From: Phycisphaerales bacterium
GTDB taxonomy: Bacteria > Planctomycetota > Phycisphaerae > WQYP01
Assembly: GCA_027366115.1 (NCBI GenBank)
Contig: DAHXLH010000154.1
Span: 2,753-66,752, forward strand
DNA: 64,000 bases
Direction of reading: 5' to 3'
Position 1 is the first letter of the stretch. Each line of letters starts with the position of its first letter. The notes under the pieces are model-generated. The model saw only the letters and a program-made list of their open reading frames with translations. It was not told the DNA's origin and did no database searches. A program made the position numbers and the translations under genes. Positions 45,942 through 55,199 of the stretch are shown here, piece after piece.

Positions 45942-46907
45942 TTAAAACTTGTTGGCCTGAATGTAATCAGAATGGCCGTTGAGAAAATTCACCAGATTGG
46001 CCGCCGCCCGCACGCCCTGGCGCTGCACGCTTTCCAGCGTTCGGCTGCCAATATGGGGTGTAACAATCACATTGTCAATTTTAATAAAAGGATGATGCGG
46101 ATCGATCGGCTCATGTCCGACCACATCCGTGCCGTAGCCGCGAAGTTTTCCACTTTTACACGCTTCGGCGATAGCCTCTTCCACTACCAGTCCGCCGCGC
46201 GCCGTATTAATCAGGATTGTTCCATCCTGCATAAGCCCCAACGTTCTTTTGTTGATCATTCCGCGGGTTTCATCGGTGAGGTTGGTATGCAGACTGATCA
46301 CATCGGCGGCAGCGAATAGCTCATCAAATGAGTTCATGCGGGTCACACCGTGTGCTGCGGCAAACGCTTCATCAAAATAGGGATCAAACGCCAGTGGCTT
46401 CATGCCGAAAACTACGCCGCGCTTGATGACTTCCTTGCCTATTCTCCCCATGCCCACCACGCCCAGGGTTTTGTCGCGCAGTTCACAGCCGGTTTTGCGA
46501 TCCCAGCGCCCGGACTTAACGGAATTCAGATGGAACCAGAACTGTTTGGCTACGGCCACCATCAAGCCGAAAACGTGTTCCGCGACCGTGGTTTCATTGA
46601 CTCCGGGCGTAAACAACACGGGAATTTTTCGGTTCGTGGCGTGTTGGACATCAATGGAATCCAAGCCGATGCCGTATTTGGCAATCACTTTCATCTGGGG
46701 CAGCAGGGCATCAATAACTTTAGCGGTAATCTGGTCATCGCCGTTTAACAGTGCGTCAAAGGGGCCGTGTTGCGCCACCATGTCCAGCATCTGTTGCTCG
46801 GTAAGCGGCCCCCGTGCCCGGACAATATCAAAGCCGGCGCTGTTCAGCAGTTCCTGATGTTTTCCCGGCGTGTCTTGGAAACTTGTGGTGGTCAATAATA
46901 TTTTCAT
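45942..46907 (-). CDS. D-isomer-specific 2-hydroxyacid dehydrogenase family protein
   Basis: NAD fold LGVVGMGRIGKEV, catalytic-region ARGGLV, and TPHIGS. AAGGAG RBS. Confidence 0.8.
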   Translation of the reverse strand: MKILLTTTSFQDTPGKHQELLNSAGFDIVRARGPLTEQQMLDMVAQHGPFDALLNGDDQITAKVIDALLPQMKVIAKYGIGLDSIDVQHATNRKIPVLFTPGVNETTVAEHVFGLMVAVAKQFWFHLNSVKSGRWDRKTGCELRDKTLGVVGMGRIGKEVIKRGVVFGMKPLAFDPYFDEAFAAAHGVTRMNSFDELFAAADVISLHTNLTDETRGMINKRTLGLMQDGTILINTARGGLVVEEAIAEACKSGKLRGYGTDVVGHEPIDPHHPFIKIDNVIVTPHIGSRTLESVQRQGVRAAANLVNFLNGHSDYIQANKF

Positions 46908-46946
46908 AAGGCTCCTTGTTTGTTAGCTCTGCCGATTAGCCGCCGT

Positions 46947-47080
46947 ATATCCGGTGTCCCAGATCAACCACCGAATTATCATCCGGTGCTCTCGGTGCGT
47001 CGCGTTACAGCGCGCCGCCGTGGCAACCCGGTGGTGGGTTCGCTGCACTGGATCAGCCACCGGATTATCATCCGGTGGCC
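46947..47080. repeat. CCGG-hairpin element, two copies (B2 46947-46998, B1 47020-47080)
   Basis: Hairpins are caccgaat-tatc-atccggtg (46969-46988) and gccaccggat-tatc-atccggtggc (47056-47079), the latter a 10-bp perfect stem. An alternative pairing joins cccggtgg (47027-47034) with ccaccgg (47057-47063). The reverse complement matches 6304-6380. Confidence 0.6.
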
Positions 47081-47085
47081 TTGGT

Positions 47086-48330
47086 TCAACAGAACAATTT
47101 TTCAATATGGCGGTTGAACAGATTGTACGTCACATGTTTGCCGACAAAGGCCGCGTGCTTATCCAAAAGCGCGTTAAAGCGGTCTTTGCGTTCGGAGGCC
47201 AGTTTATAGCCGACATGCAGCAGTTGGCGCAGATCGCTGTTAAACTTCGGCGAATGCGGTTCGTGACGGATCGCGGCGGCGATATCCGCGCCGGAGCAAT
47301 GGTTTAACGTTTCTGCGCTGGGCAGGCGCTCGCGTTTAATGTCAATGACCGACGCATAGGGGCCGCAAAGTTCATCGAAACGCTTGAGTGCTTCGCCGTA
47401 CATTTCCCGCACCAACGCCAATCCCGCCTCATCCGCTTCGGCCACAGCGCCAATTTCTTCCAGCCAGGTGGTGCCGGCGGTTTTAATGTGCAGTCCGGCA
47501 TCGTGCTTTTTGATGGCCCGGCGAATGGGCTGATAGATGGAGAATTTGTCGCTGCCGGAGTGAACACTCAATTTCAGATTCTTCGGCAACCCGAATTCCT
47601 TGACGCTGTAGGCGATGACCGCCAGATCATCATTAAACTCTTTTTCAAATTGTTCCACATTTCCTACATAATCCACGCCTTTATTAAACCGGCCCGTGAA
47701 TTTCGGAGCGATGGTCTGAATCGGAATGCCTTCCCGGCCAATGGCGGCAAGAATCAGCAGCAGTTCATCTGGTGTTTGCGGGCTGTCGGTTTCATCCATG
47801 GAAACTTCAATAATACAGCGATCCGCGCCTTTGGCTTGGGCAATATGCTTAAACACGCGTCCGGCTTCCTGCACGGCGGCGAGGTATTTTTTACCCACGC
47901 GAGTAATGGCCGCCTCATCGATTTTAATAGGCGATGAGAGATGCGCGATGGCCGGCGAGCCGCACAGTTTGTGCAGATCTTTTACCAGGCTGGTAATAGC
48001 CGATTCTTCGGCGGGCTTGCCGATAAAGTCGGCGACATCAATGGTAAAAAAATCGCTGGGAGCCAGAAAGCGATCCACGGTTTTCATGCCGATGTGGTCG
48101 GCATCCACATGATAGGGATGCTTCCAGCCCAGAACCTTAACCGCGGCGTCCGCTTCGAGGCGCACTTCGCTGGGTTCGGTATGAACAATTAAATGTTCCC
48201 GGTTCGATTTATTCCATACAGGAATGATGTTGGCACCTTTTTGGCCGGCCAGTACAAACGCTTCGAGTTGGGCTTTACCCTGGCGGCCAAAACGATCTCC
48301 AATACCCATACTGAATTTGGCGAGTTCCAT
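47086..48330 (-). CDS. Tagaturonate/fructuronate epimerase (UxaE)-like protein
   Basis: N-terminal FSMGIGDRFGRQGKAQL, recognised by eye as the UxaE family. About 414 aa, adjacent to the uronate isomerase gene. Confidence 0.5.
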   Translation of the reverse strand: MELAKFSMGIGDRFGRQGKAQLEAFVLAGQKGANIIPVWNKSNREHLIVHTEPSEVRLEADAAVKVLGWKHPYHVDADHIGMKTVDRFLAPSDFFTIDVADFIGKPAEESAITSLVKDLHKLCGSPAIAHLSSPIKIDEAAITRVGKKYLAAVQEAGRVFKHIAQAKGADRCIIEVSMDETDSPQTPDELLLILAAIGREGIPIQTIAPKFTGRFNKGVDYVGNVEQFEKEFNDDLAVIAYSVKEFGLPKNLKLSVHSGSDKFSIYQPIRRAIKKHDAGLHIKTAGTTWLEEIGAVAEADEAGLALVREMYGEALKRFDELCGPYASVIDIKRERLPSAETLNHCSGADIAAAIRHEPHSPKFNSDLRQLLHVGYKLASERKDRFNALLDKHAAFVGKHVTYNLFNRHIEKLFC

Positions 48331-48489
48331 GCTGTTTTATTCCTTTTTAAATAGGCATCTATTGAATTAGTAGCGAATCATATCCATAGTTCTTGTGGTT
48401 ATCATCTGTCGGCGGCGGAATTCCTCCACAGGCGGGGCAAAATTTCCCAGCGCTTCCTGCGGCCGGATTCCCAGTTGGCGGTCCGGACC

Positions 48490-49854
48490 TTATTGGGCCA
48501 GAAAGGCCTGAAAATTCCCATTTAATAACTTTTCAACATCATGCACAATATCTTCCCGTGTGATAATCCGGCCGGTTTCCGCGATCCGGATATACATATC
48601 AGTAAGGACGTTGATGATCACTTTGCGGCTGTGATCCCATTTATATACCAATTGGTCCAAAATGCGGGCATCGGAATGTTGCGGAATAAAACTGGTGCCG
48701 AGCAATTCAAAGCGCATCTGTGTAATTTCGGTAATCAGGCTGGGATTATTGAGAAACCACCAGCAACCGAAAGGCATGAGGTTGCCAAATTTGCGGGCGG
48801 TCACGCATAATTCATGCTGATTTTCCCGGGCCAGCATGGTAACCAGGAATTTGTTGCCGGGGAAATCGCGGCACAATCGCGCGACGCTGGCCACGTCCGA
48901 GATGCCGGAGGTGTCGCCCGCATCGCGTAATTCCGGCTGCGTGCGGAGGTTCGATCCGATCATCATGGCGAAGGGCATTTTACGCTCCGCGCAGACGGGC
49001 AGAATCGCTTTTTCCAAGATTGTTTGACCAGCCAACGCCAAGGTGTCGGTCTGGTTGGCGGGATAGCGGAAATCCGGCGGCAGGCTGACGGCCATATAAA
49101 TGGCCTGCTGCCGATCCAGCCATTGATTGAGAAATCGCTTAACTTCATCAATACTCTGAGCGGAGGGGTCGCCGTGAACCTGATAACCCCAATCGGCAAG
49201 CTTGGCGGCGGCCTGTGGGAAGTTTCGCAGCAGGGGGTCAATACGCAGCACGGCTTTGAACCGCGGGTCGGATCCGACGGTTTTGTCGGCCAGCCAGCGA
49301 TCCCGTTCATTGTCATCAAAAACCGGATTGGTCATGGTGATGGTATGGACATTGCTTAATTGCATGACTTTATCAATATATTGGCTGGGGTTTTGCCTGG
49401 CAAAATAGTTGCGGTAAGCATCCAGGTGCTTTTCATTAGGATCCAGCCCGAGTTTGCCAAGGGTGGTCAGTACGCCGCGACAGGCTTCACTGACGGGGGT
49501 ATTTTCAACAAATAGATATTTCCATATATGATCCGCCTGGCGGGATTTCGGCCATTTCCAAAATTCCTCATAAGGTAGTTTAGAAGCGGGCACCACGCGG
49601 TAGACTTCCGCAACGAGATAATGATACGTCACCAATTCCTCCACGCCCCAGAGCATTAAGCCCGTGGGATCAGTTTTCCCGGTGCTATTGGTCACAGGCG
49701 TGCCAAATCGCGGCGTATATAGATGGGTGTGCAGGTCGTAAATTTTCTGATGCGCTACAATTTCAGCCACGGCAGCCTTCAGATGGTCTGCGGGAATTGC
49801 GGTGGAGCGATTGGTGTGGATTGTTTGTTCTTTGGTGAGTGTGCTGCCGGCCAT
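48490..49854 (-). CDS. uxaC: Uronate (glucuronate/galacturonate) isomerase, divergent UxaC type
   Basis: N-terminal metal motif DLHTHLY (cf. DYHCHL). The C-terminal block FGCWWFLNNPSLITEITQMRFELLG...HSDAR parallels UxaC GSGWWFNDQ...LTDSR. ATG 49854 has a GGGAGG RBS; the ORF opens at 49920. Confidence 0.75.
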   Translation of the reverse strand: MAGSTLTKEQTIHTNRSTAIPADHLKAAVAEIVAHQKIYDLHTHLYTPRFGTPVTNSTGKTDPTGLMLWGVEELVTYHYLVAEVYRVVPASKLPYEEFWKWPKSRQADHIWKYLFVENTPVSEACRGVLTTLGKLGLDPNEKHLDAYRNYFARQNPSQYIDKVMQLSNVHTITMTNPVFDDNERDRWLADKTVGSDPRFKAVLRIDPLLRNFPQAAAKLADWGYQVHGDPSAQSIDEVKRFLNQWLDRQQAIYMAVSLPPDFRYPANQTDTLALAGQTILEKAILPVCAERKMPFAMMIGSNLRTQPELRDAGDTSGISDVASVARLCRDFPGNKFLVTMLARENQHELCVTARKFGNLMPFGCWWFLNNPSLITEITQMRFELLGTSFIPQHSDARILDQLVYKWDHSRKVIINVLTDMYIRIAETGRIITREDIVHDVEKLLNGNFQAFLAQ

Positions 49855-49918
49855 GGTGAAAAACCTCCCTAATAAAAAGTGTACGACACATCTTTGGGTC
49901 GTGCGCACCTGTGCGCTC

Positions 49919-49932
49919 AATACTATAGTATT
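49919..49932. promoter_or_regulatory. Perfect 14-bp palindrome AATACTATAGTATT in the uxaC/DUF1559 divergent region
   Basis: Self-complementary sequence that embeds a TATAGT on the minus strand. A GTGCGCAC core lies nearby at 49901-49908. Confidence 0.3.
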
Positions 49933-50165
49933 CTATAATGAATCTTCAGGCGATGCAAGAGGAATAGTTAGCGTTTCATGCGCTAAATTACGTGGTCATG
50001 GGAAATCCGGCGAGCGGGAATATTCCATGCACCCCAAGAGACATCAGGTGTGGAGATTTAGGCCGATAAGCCGTAATAATTTATTTTATCGCCCGATAAC
50101 GGGAATAATTTATTTGAAACGGGGCGATATTAACGCCAAATTCCATGGGTTCACTGCCGAAGAAT

Positions 50166-50183
50166 ATATTGTGCGCACAATAT
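50166..50183. promoter_or_regulatory. Perfect 18-bp palindrome ATATTGTGCGCACAATAT (operator-like)
   Basis: Fully self-complementary and LacI-type in architecture (TGT-GCGC-ACA). It lies about 45 bp upstream of the predicted -35 at 50229. Confidence 0.4.
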
Positions 50184-50228
50184 TGTAATAGATTAATTTT
50201 AATTGCAAAGATTTTTTCTACAATTCGC

Positions 50229-50257
50229 TTGACATTATCTTTTTAATATCGTAGGAT
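50229..50257 (+). promoter_or_regulatory. Candidate sigma70-type promoter TTGACA-17-TAGGAT
   Basis: TTGACA (50229-50234), a 17-nt spacer and TAGGAT (50252-50257). It would give a ~235-nt leader before the DUF1559 ATG at 50499. Confidence 0.5.
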
Positions 50258-50498
50258 ATGAGATGTTGAGCGTACCAGCCCGTCGGGCATCAGGGTGTCA
50301 CCCATGCCGGAACGCTTAATGCGGCTAACCATATCAGCCGCTCGGGCAGGAATTCAGATTCACAAGAATCTGAATAACAGTCAGGCTCGAAGAAGAAGTT
50401 TTGAATCTGGAAAGGCCCTGTCCATTTCCAGGATAACTGTGTCCTTGAAGGAACTTGGCCTAATTGTATTTATAGCATTTTTTTTGGAGGATGTGTCC

Positions 50499-51536
50499 AT
50501 GCTATCCCACAAGTATCCCCCATCGGTACCGCCGCAGGCTCGAAAGGGATTTACCCTTATTGAATTGCTGGTGGTGATTTCCATTATCGCCCTGCTGATT
50601 GCCATTCTGCTGCCCGCATTGGCGCGGGCCAAGGAATTGGCGAACCGGGCGGTATGCTCTGCCAATGTACGCAGCCTGGTGCAGTCGATGGTGATTTACG
50701 CACAGAGCAATAAAGGGGTATTTCCCTGTACGCCAGGGAATACCGGTAACACCTACACCAACCAACCTTCTGGAGTCAACGGCGTCAACACGGTTCCGAA
50801 ATTAAGCAGTTCTTCGACGATGCAGTACTATTACATGCCATCCGACACGGGGTCGTCGGCCGCCGCCTGTCCGCTCATGTGTATGTGGCTTCTGGTGCTC
50901 AATGGGCAGATGACGCCCAAAAGCTTCATTTGTCCATCGGATCCCTACGCCACGGGGCCATCCCTCCAATACGGCAGCAGTTCTACGTCTGGTGGAGCGA
51001 CAGCTTACTTGAACTTTGGCTATCTGTCGACGTCTCAGCAGCACCAGAGTTACACGGGTCAAGGGGAGAGCTATTCAATCGCATTCCCATGGAATTCTGT
51101 TGGGCAGCCGGGTGGATGGTGGACGTCCAAGGACGGAAGTGATGTCGCCGTTGCATCTGATCTGGCTCCAATGACGGCGGGCGCTTCGGGGGACATGAAT
51201 CGGATCGATAATACGCTTCCGTCGGGCAACACCTATGGAAACTATATTTTCAATTCCGGCAATCACAATGGTGACGGCCAAAATGTCGGCTTTGGCGATG
51301 GCCATGTGGTTTGGGAGGTTAACCCGTATGTGGGCCAAAATAGTGACAACATTTTCTGTTACGACACTACTGCTGCTGAGATAGGGCAGAATGGAACGAG
51401 TTTTCAGGCGAAAAACCTTGAGGGCTACGGTGGCCCTGGGCTGGCAACGCCGGAGGTTCCCAACGTCACGCCTGATAGCCCACCGTATGATATCTGCATG
51501 GTCCCGCAGTTTGATCTGGCGAAGCCGGAGTGGTGA
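50499..51536 (+). CDS. DUF1559 / prepilin-type N-terminal methylation domain protein (H-X9-DG class)
   Basis: [46 protein letters not shown] and C-terminus [30 protein letters not shown]. The ORF opens at 50295. Confidence 0.88.
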   Translation: MLSHKYPPSVPPQARKGFTLIELLVVISIIALLIAILLPALARAKELANRAVCSANVRSLVQSMVIYAQSNKGVFPCTPGNTGNTYTNQPSGVNGVNTVPKLSSSSTMQYYYMPSDTGSSAAACPLMCMWLLVLNGQMTPKSFICPSDPYATGPSLQYGSSSTSGGATAYLNFGYLSTSQQHQSYTGQGESYSIAFPWNSVGQPGGWWTSKDGSDVAVASDLAPMTAGASGDMNRIDNTLPSGNTYGNYIFNSGNHNGDGQNVGFGDGHVVWEVNPYVGQNSDNIFCYDTTAAEIGQNGTSFQAKNLEGYGGPGLATPEVPNVTPDSPPYDICMVPQFDLAKPEW

Positions 51537-51707
51537 TCTGCCCGGTGGTTGCGGTGTCATGTTGAATATTCGTGCGAGAAGGAAGGCTACTGCGGATCGT
51601 TTATCGCTGACGTAACGTTTGGTCGATACCGCGTGGCAAGACCGGATCATGTTTTCGGCGGATCGTTGCCGGTAGAATGCTATGTCCCGAGTTCTCGAGG
51701 TTTCCCC

Positions 51708-52748
51708 ATGCATTTGTTGTTTTCCAGCCGGGTTCGGCGTCTCGCTGTTGGCATCGTTGGCCTCTTCTCTTTACTGGGTGTGCCAGTCGTCGCTGCCGCG
51801 AAAACCATTATTGTTTCGCCGGATAACTCTCACGGTCAATTTACTACCGTGATGGCGGCAATTGCCTCGATTAACCAGCACAGTAAAACCCCGGTCACCA
51901 TTCTCGTTCGCCCCGGCATTTATCATGAACATATCATTATTCCCAAACATGAGCCGCCGATTACCTTGCTGGGCGAGGATCCCAACAATACGATTCTTGT
52001 CAATTCTTTAATTGCCTATGACAAAGGGCCGAACGGCAAACCCATCGGCACATTCAGCACGCAGAGCGTCTGGGTGCAGGACAACCATTTCTCGGCCGCC
52101 AATATCACGTTTGCCAATGATGCCGGAATCAGCGGCAACGGTTATAACGGCCAAGCGTTGGCCATCCGTGTCGACGGGGATCAATGTGTGTTTTACAACT
52201 GCCATTTTATTGGCTGGCAGGATACGATTCTGCTGAATCAGAATCGGCAATATTTTGACAAATGTCATATTGACGGTGCGGTTGATTTTATTTTTGGCAA
52301 CGCGACCGCCTTTTTCCGTAACTGCAAAATCGACTGCCTGGGCTATGGCTGCATTACCGCCCCGCGCACGCCAAAAACCAGTCCATACGGTTTCGTCTTT
52401 TCTCATTGCAAAATTGTCGCCTACACCAAACCAGGCGATACATGGCTGGGACGGCCATGGGGGCCTTATGCCGCATCAACATTTATTGATTGCTACATGC
52501 CAAAATCACTGAATACGGCCGGCTGGATGCACTGGATGGATAAGAAAAATCCTGAAACCGCACGCTTCGCTGAATATGGTGATCGCGGGCCGGGGGCGGG
52601 AAAACGGCCCGCGTGGATTACAGAACTCACCAAAGCCCAGGAACGTAAGATTACTGTTTCGCACGTACTGGGTGGAACGGACCATTGGAAACCTGAAGCG
52701 CAAGTGAAAGCGTTGCGGGGGCGCTTACGCTCAATGAGTAGTGAATAA
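51708..52748 (+). CDS. Pectin methylesterase (CE8), secreted
   Basis: Signal peptide. GQALAIRVDGD, GWQDTIL, DFIFGNA, LGRPWG. The ORF opens at 51549. Confidence 0.88.
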   Translation: MHLLFSSRVRRLAVGIVGLFSLLGVPVVAAAKTIIVSPDNSHGQFTTVMAAIASINQHSKTPVTILVRPGIYHEHIIIPKHEPPITLLGEDPNNTILVNSLIAYDKGPNGKPIGTFSTQSVWVQDNHFSAANITFANDAGISGNGYNGQALAIRVDGDQCVFYNCHFIGWQDTILLNQNRQYFDKCHIDGAVDFIFGNATAFFRNCKIDCLGYGCITAPRTPKTSPYGFVFSHCKIVAYTKPGDTWLGRPWGPYAASTFIDCYMPKSLNTAGWMHWMDKKNPETARFAEYGDRGPGAGKRPAWITELTKAQERKITVSHVLGGTDHWKPEAQVKALRGRLRSMSSE

Positions 52749-52843
52749 TGAGTACTGAATAAAACGTGGCCCGCAGGGGCGCTGCCAGTAAGTTCGGGGC
52801 GTGCGTCAAAATTTATGATAGATCGGCCCAGCTAAATTGGAGA

Positions 52844-55132
52844 ATGCATTTGCTTAAATCCGCCAGAAAAATATTTTCCTCAGTTGCCGCGCTTGCGGCG
52901 ATCTTTCTGGCCGCAGTGTCTGGTGCCGTCGGTGCCGGTGTGCCCCCCAAGGTGTTGGTGGTGGCACCAAACAATCGTGGCGCTATTGAGACGATTCAGC
53001 AGGCGATTAATTCCGTTAGGGCTAACAGCAAAACGCCGGTTACGATTCTCGTGCATCCCGGCATTTACCATGAGCGAATTAATATCCCGGCAAATTTGCC
53101 GCCCATCTCGCTGATAGGCGAAGATCCCGCTAACACGATTATTGCTTATTCTCTGATTGCCTATGACAAAGGATCGGATGGAAAGCCCATCGGCATGTGG
53201 AACACCGCCACCGCGCGAATCAGGGAAAATAACTTTTCCGCCATGAACATAACCTTTGTCAATGACGGCGGGCAGGGGGGCAAAGGGTATACGCGCATGA
53301 ACGGGCAGGCGTTGGCCGTGCGTTTGGACGGCTCGCATGATGTGTTTGATAATTGCCATTTCACCAGTTGGCAAGATACGGTTTTGGTCAATGCGGGGCG
53401 CGACTATTTTGAAAACTGCGCCATTACCGGTTCGACCGATTATATTTTTGGTGCCGGTAGCGCGTATTTTGACCGGTGTCTGATTCATTCTCTGGGCCAC
53501 GGTTATGTTACCGCGGCCAAAACTCCTCAAGGGCAACGCTTTGGATTTGTCTTTAATCGCTGTCGCATCATCACCAGCACCGCGCCGGACCGGGTGTTTC
53601 TGGGGCGGCCCTGGGGGTTATATGCCAATGTGATTTTCAAGCATTCCTGGATGGGCAATGGCATTAACCCGCGCGGCTGGATTATCTGGGACGGCAATAA
53701 ACGCGATATTAAAACAACGCGTTTTTCCGAGTTCGCAAACTCCGGCCCCGGAGCCATGCCGCAAGCCCGCATCTCCTGGTTGCGGCCGCTGTCCGCCGCT
53801 CGGGCCGATAGGCTCACACCGCGCTATGTGTTGGGTGGGAAAAGTTCATGGAATCCGCAACGTGAGGTCCAGTTGCACCTGATTCCAGCTTATCTCACAG
53901 ATTTTCCGCCGCAGTTTCCCAAGCACCGCTTCGATATTACGCACTTCGGGGCAGTCGGAAACGGCACAACTCTCAACACGGCATCCATTCAAAAGGCAAT
54001 TCATGCGTGCGCCCTGGCCGGGGGCGGAGAAGTAGTGATTCCCCAAGGCAAGTTCCTGACTGGCCCCATAACGCTGGTCAGCAACATGAATCTCCACCTG
54101 GCACGCGGCGCAGTATTGCTGATGAGCAACCGTTTTTCTGATTATCCCATTTTCCATCACCGGTATCAGAACTGTATCACCGCGATAGGGTGTGATGATA
54201 TCGCCATTACCGGACATGGAATCATTGATGGCCAGGGGGCACCCTGGTGGAATGCGTACAAAAAATCCAAGCCCGGCGGTGCGCCATCGCTGGCTGCGGA
54301 CAAATTACCGCATCGTCCTTATCTGGTACTCTTGGATCATTGTGACCATGTGCTGGTGCGAAATGTTACGCTGTTAAATTCTCCCATGTGTAATTTGGTG
54401 ACCGGCGCGTGCGATGATGTCGTGGTGACCGGTATCACGATTAAAGCACCGATTCATTCGCCCAATACTGATGGGATGGATCCTTCAGGACGTAATTATC
54501 TCATCAAAGGGTGCACCTTTGATGAAGGGGATGACTGCATTGCCATTAAAGCCGGCGGTAGGGCACATCTCCTTCACCCGGCGAGCGAAAATTATCTGGT
54601 TGAAAATTGCCGATTTTTCCATGGACACGGAATGAGTGTGGGTAGTGGAACCGGTGGCGGTTTAACGAATTTGACCGTGCGTGATTGCACATTTAACGGC
54701 ACGCAGGCGGGTGTCCGACTCAAGGCGGATATTCATAATGGGGGGCTGGTCGATGATTTATCCTACAGCAACCTGACTATGAAAAATGTGGACATTCCGA
54801 TTCTGGTCAGCAGTTATTACAACAATACCTCGCCATGGGCCTATGCGATTCCGCAAAGGGCCTTGGCGGGAAAAAAATTGCAAGTCATCGCCACCACGCC
54901 GCGCTGGCGGCACATTCACCTTGCAGATATCACAGCCACAGGTGCCGCGACGGCGGCATTTATTGTGGGACGCCCTGAAATGCCGATCACTGATTTTTAC
55001 CTCCATGATGTGCACATCGCGGCGCGGGCGGGGATGCACATTGTCAATGCGGACATCACCATGCGGAACTGCGGGATAAAAGCCAAAAAAGGGCCGCAGG
55101 TCATGGCGCACAATGCGAAAATAACAAACTGA
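52844..55132 (+). CDS. Bifunctional pectin methylesterase (CE8) - polygalacturonase (GH28) fusion
   Basis: CE8 half: GQALAVRLDG, SWQDTVL, DYIFGAG, LGRPWG. GH28 half: SPNTDGMDPS, GDDCIAIKAG, GHGMSVGS, VRLKA. Signal peptide present. The ORF opens at 52766. Confidence 0.88.
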   Translation: MHLLKSARKIFSSVAALAAIFLAAVSGAVGAGVPPKVLVVAPNNRGAIETIQQAINSVRANSKTPVTILVHPGIYHERINIPANLPPISLIGEDPANTIIAYSLIAYDKGSDGKPIGMWNTATARIRENNFSAMNITFVNDGGQGGKGYTRMNGQALAVRLDGSHDVFDNCHFTSWQDTVLVNAGRDYFENCAITGSTDYIFGAGSAYFDRCLIHSLGHGYVTAAKTPQGQRFGFVFNRCRIITSTAPDRVFLGRPWGLYANVIFKHSWMGNGINPRGWIIWDGNKRDIKTTRFSEFANSGPGAMPQARISWLRPLSAARADRLTPRYVLGGKSSWNPQREVQLHLIPAYLTDFPPQFPKHRFDITHFGAVGNGTTLNTASIQKAIHACALAGGGEVVIPQGKFLTGPITLVSNMNLHLARGAVLLMSNRFSDYPIFHHRYQNCITAIGCDDIAITGHGIIDGQGAPWWNAYKKSKPGGAPSLAADKLPHRPYLVLLDHCDHVLVRNVTLLNSPMCNLVTGACDDVVVTGITIKAPIHSPNTDGMDPSGRNYLIKGCTFDEGDDCIAIKAGGRAHLLHPASENYLVENCRFFHGHGMSVGSGTGGGLTNLTVRDCTFNGTQAGVRLKADIHNGGLVDDLSYSNLTMKNVDIPILVSSYYNNTSPWAYAIPQRALAGKKLQVIATTPRWRHIHLADITATGAATAAFIVGRPEMPITDFYLHDVHIAARAGMHIVNADITMRNCGIKAKKGPQVMAHNAKITN

Positions 55133-55199
55133 AAGCCGCAACACAATTAGCAGGAAACCCCAAGTCCCGAATTTGTTTTAATTTTCCGGAGACATCTTC

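Noticed and set aside
49802-50188. 128-aa ORF in the uxaC/DUF1559 divergent region
   Set aside because: The sequence is AT-rich, it overlaps the 5' end of uxaC on the opposite strand, and its internal amino-acid repeat simply mirrors the 30-bp DNA direct repeat. No RBS is present.
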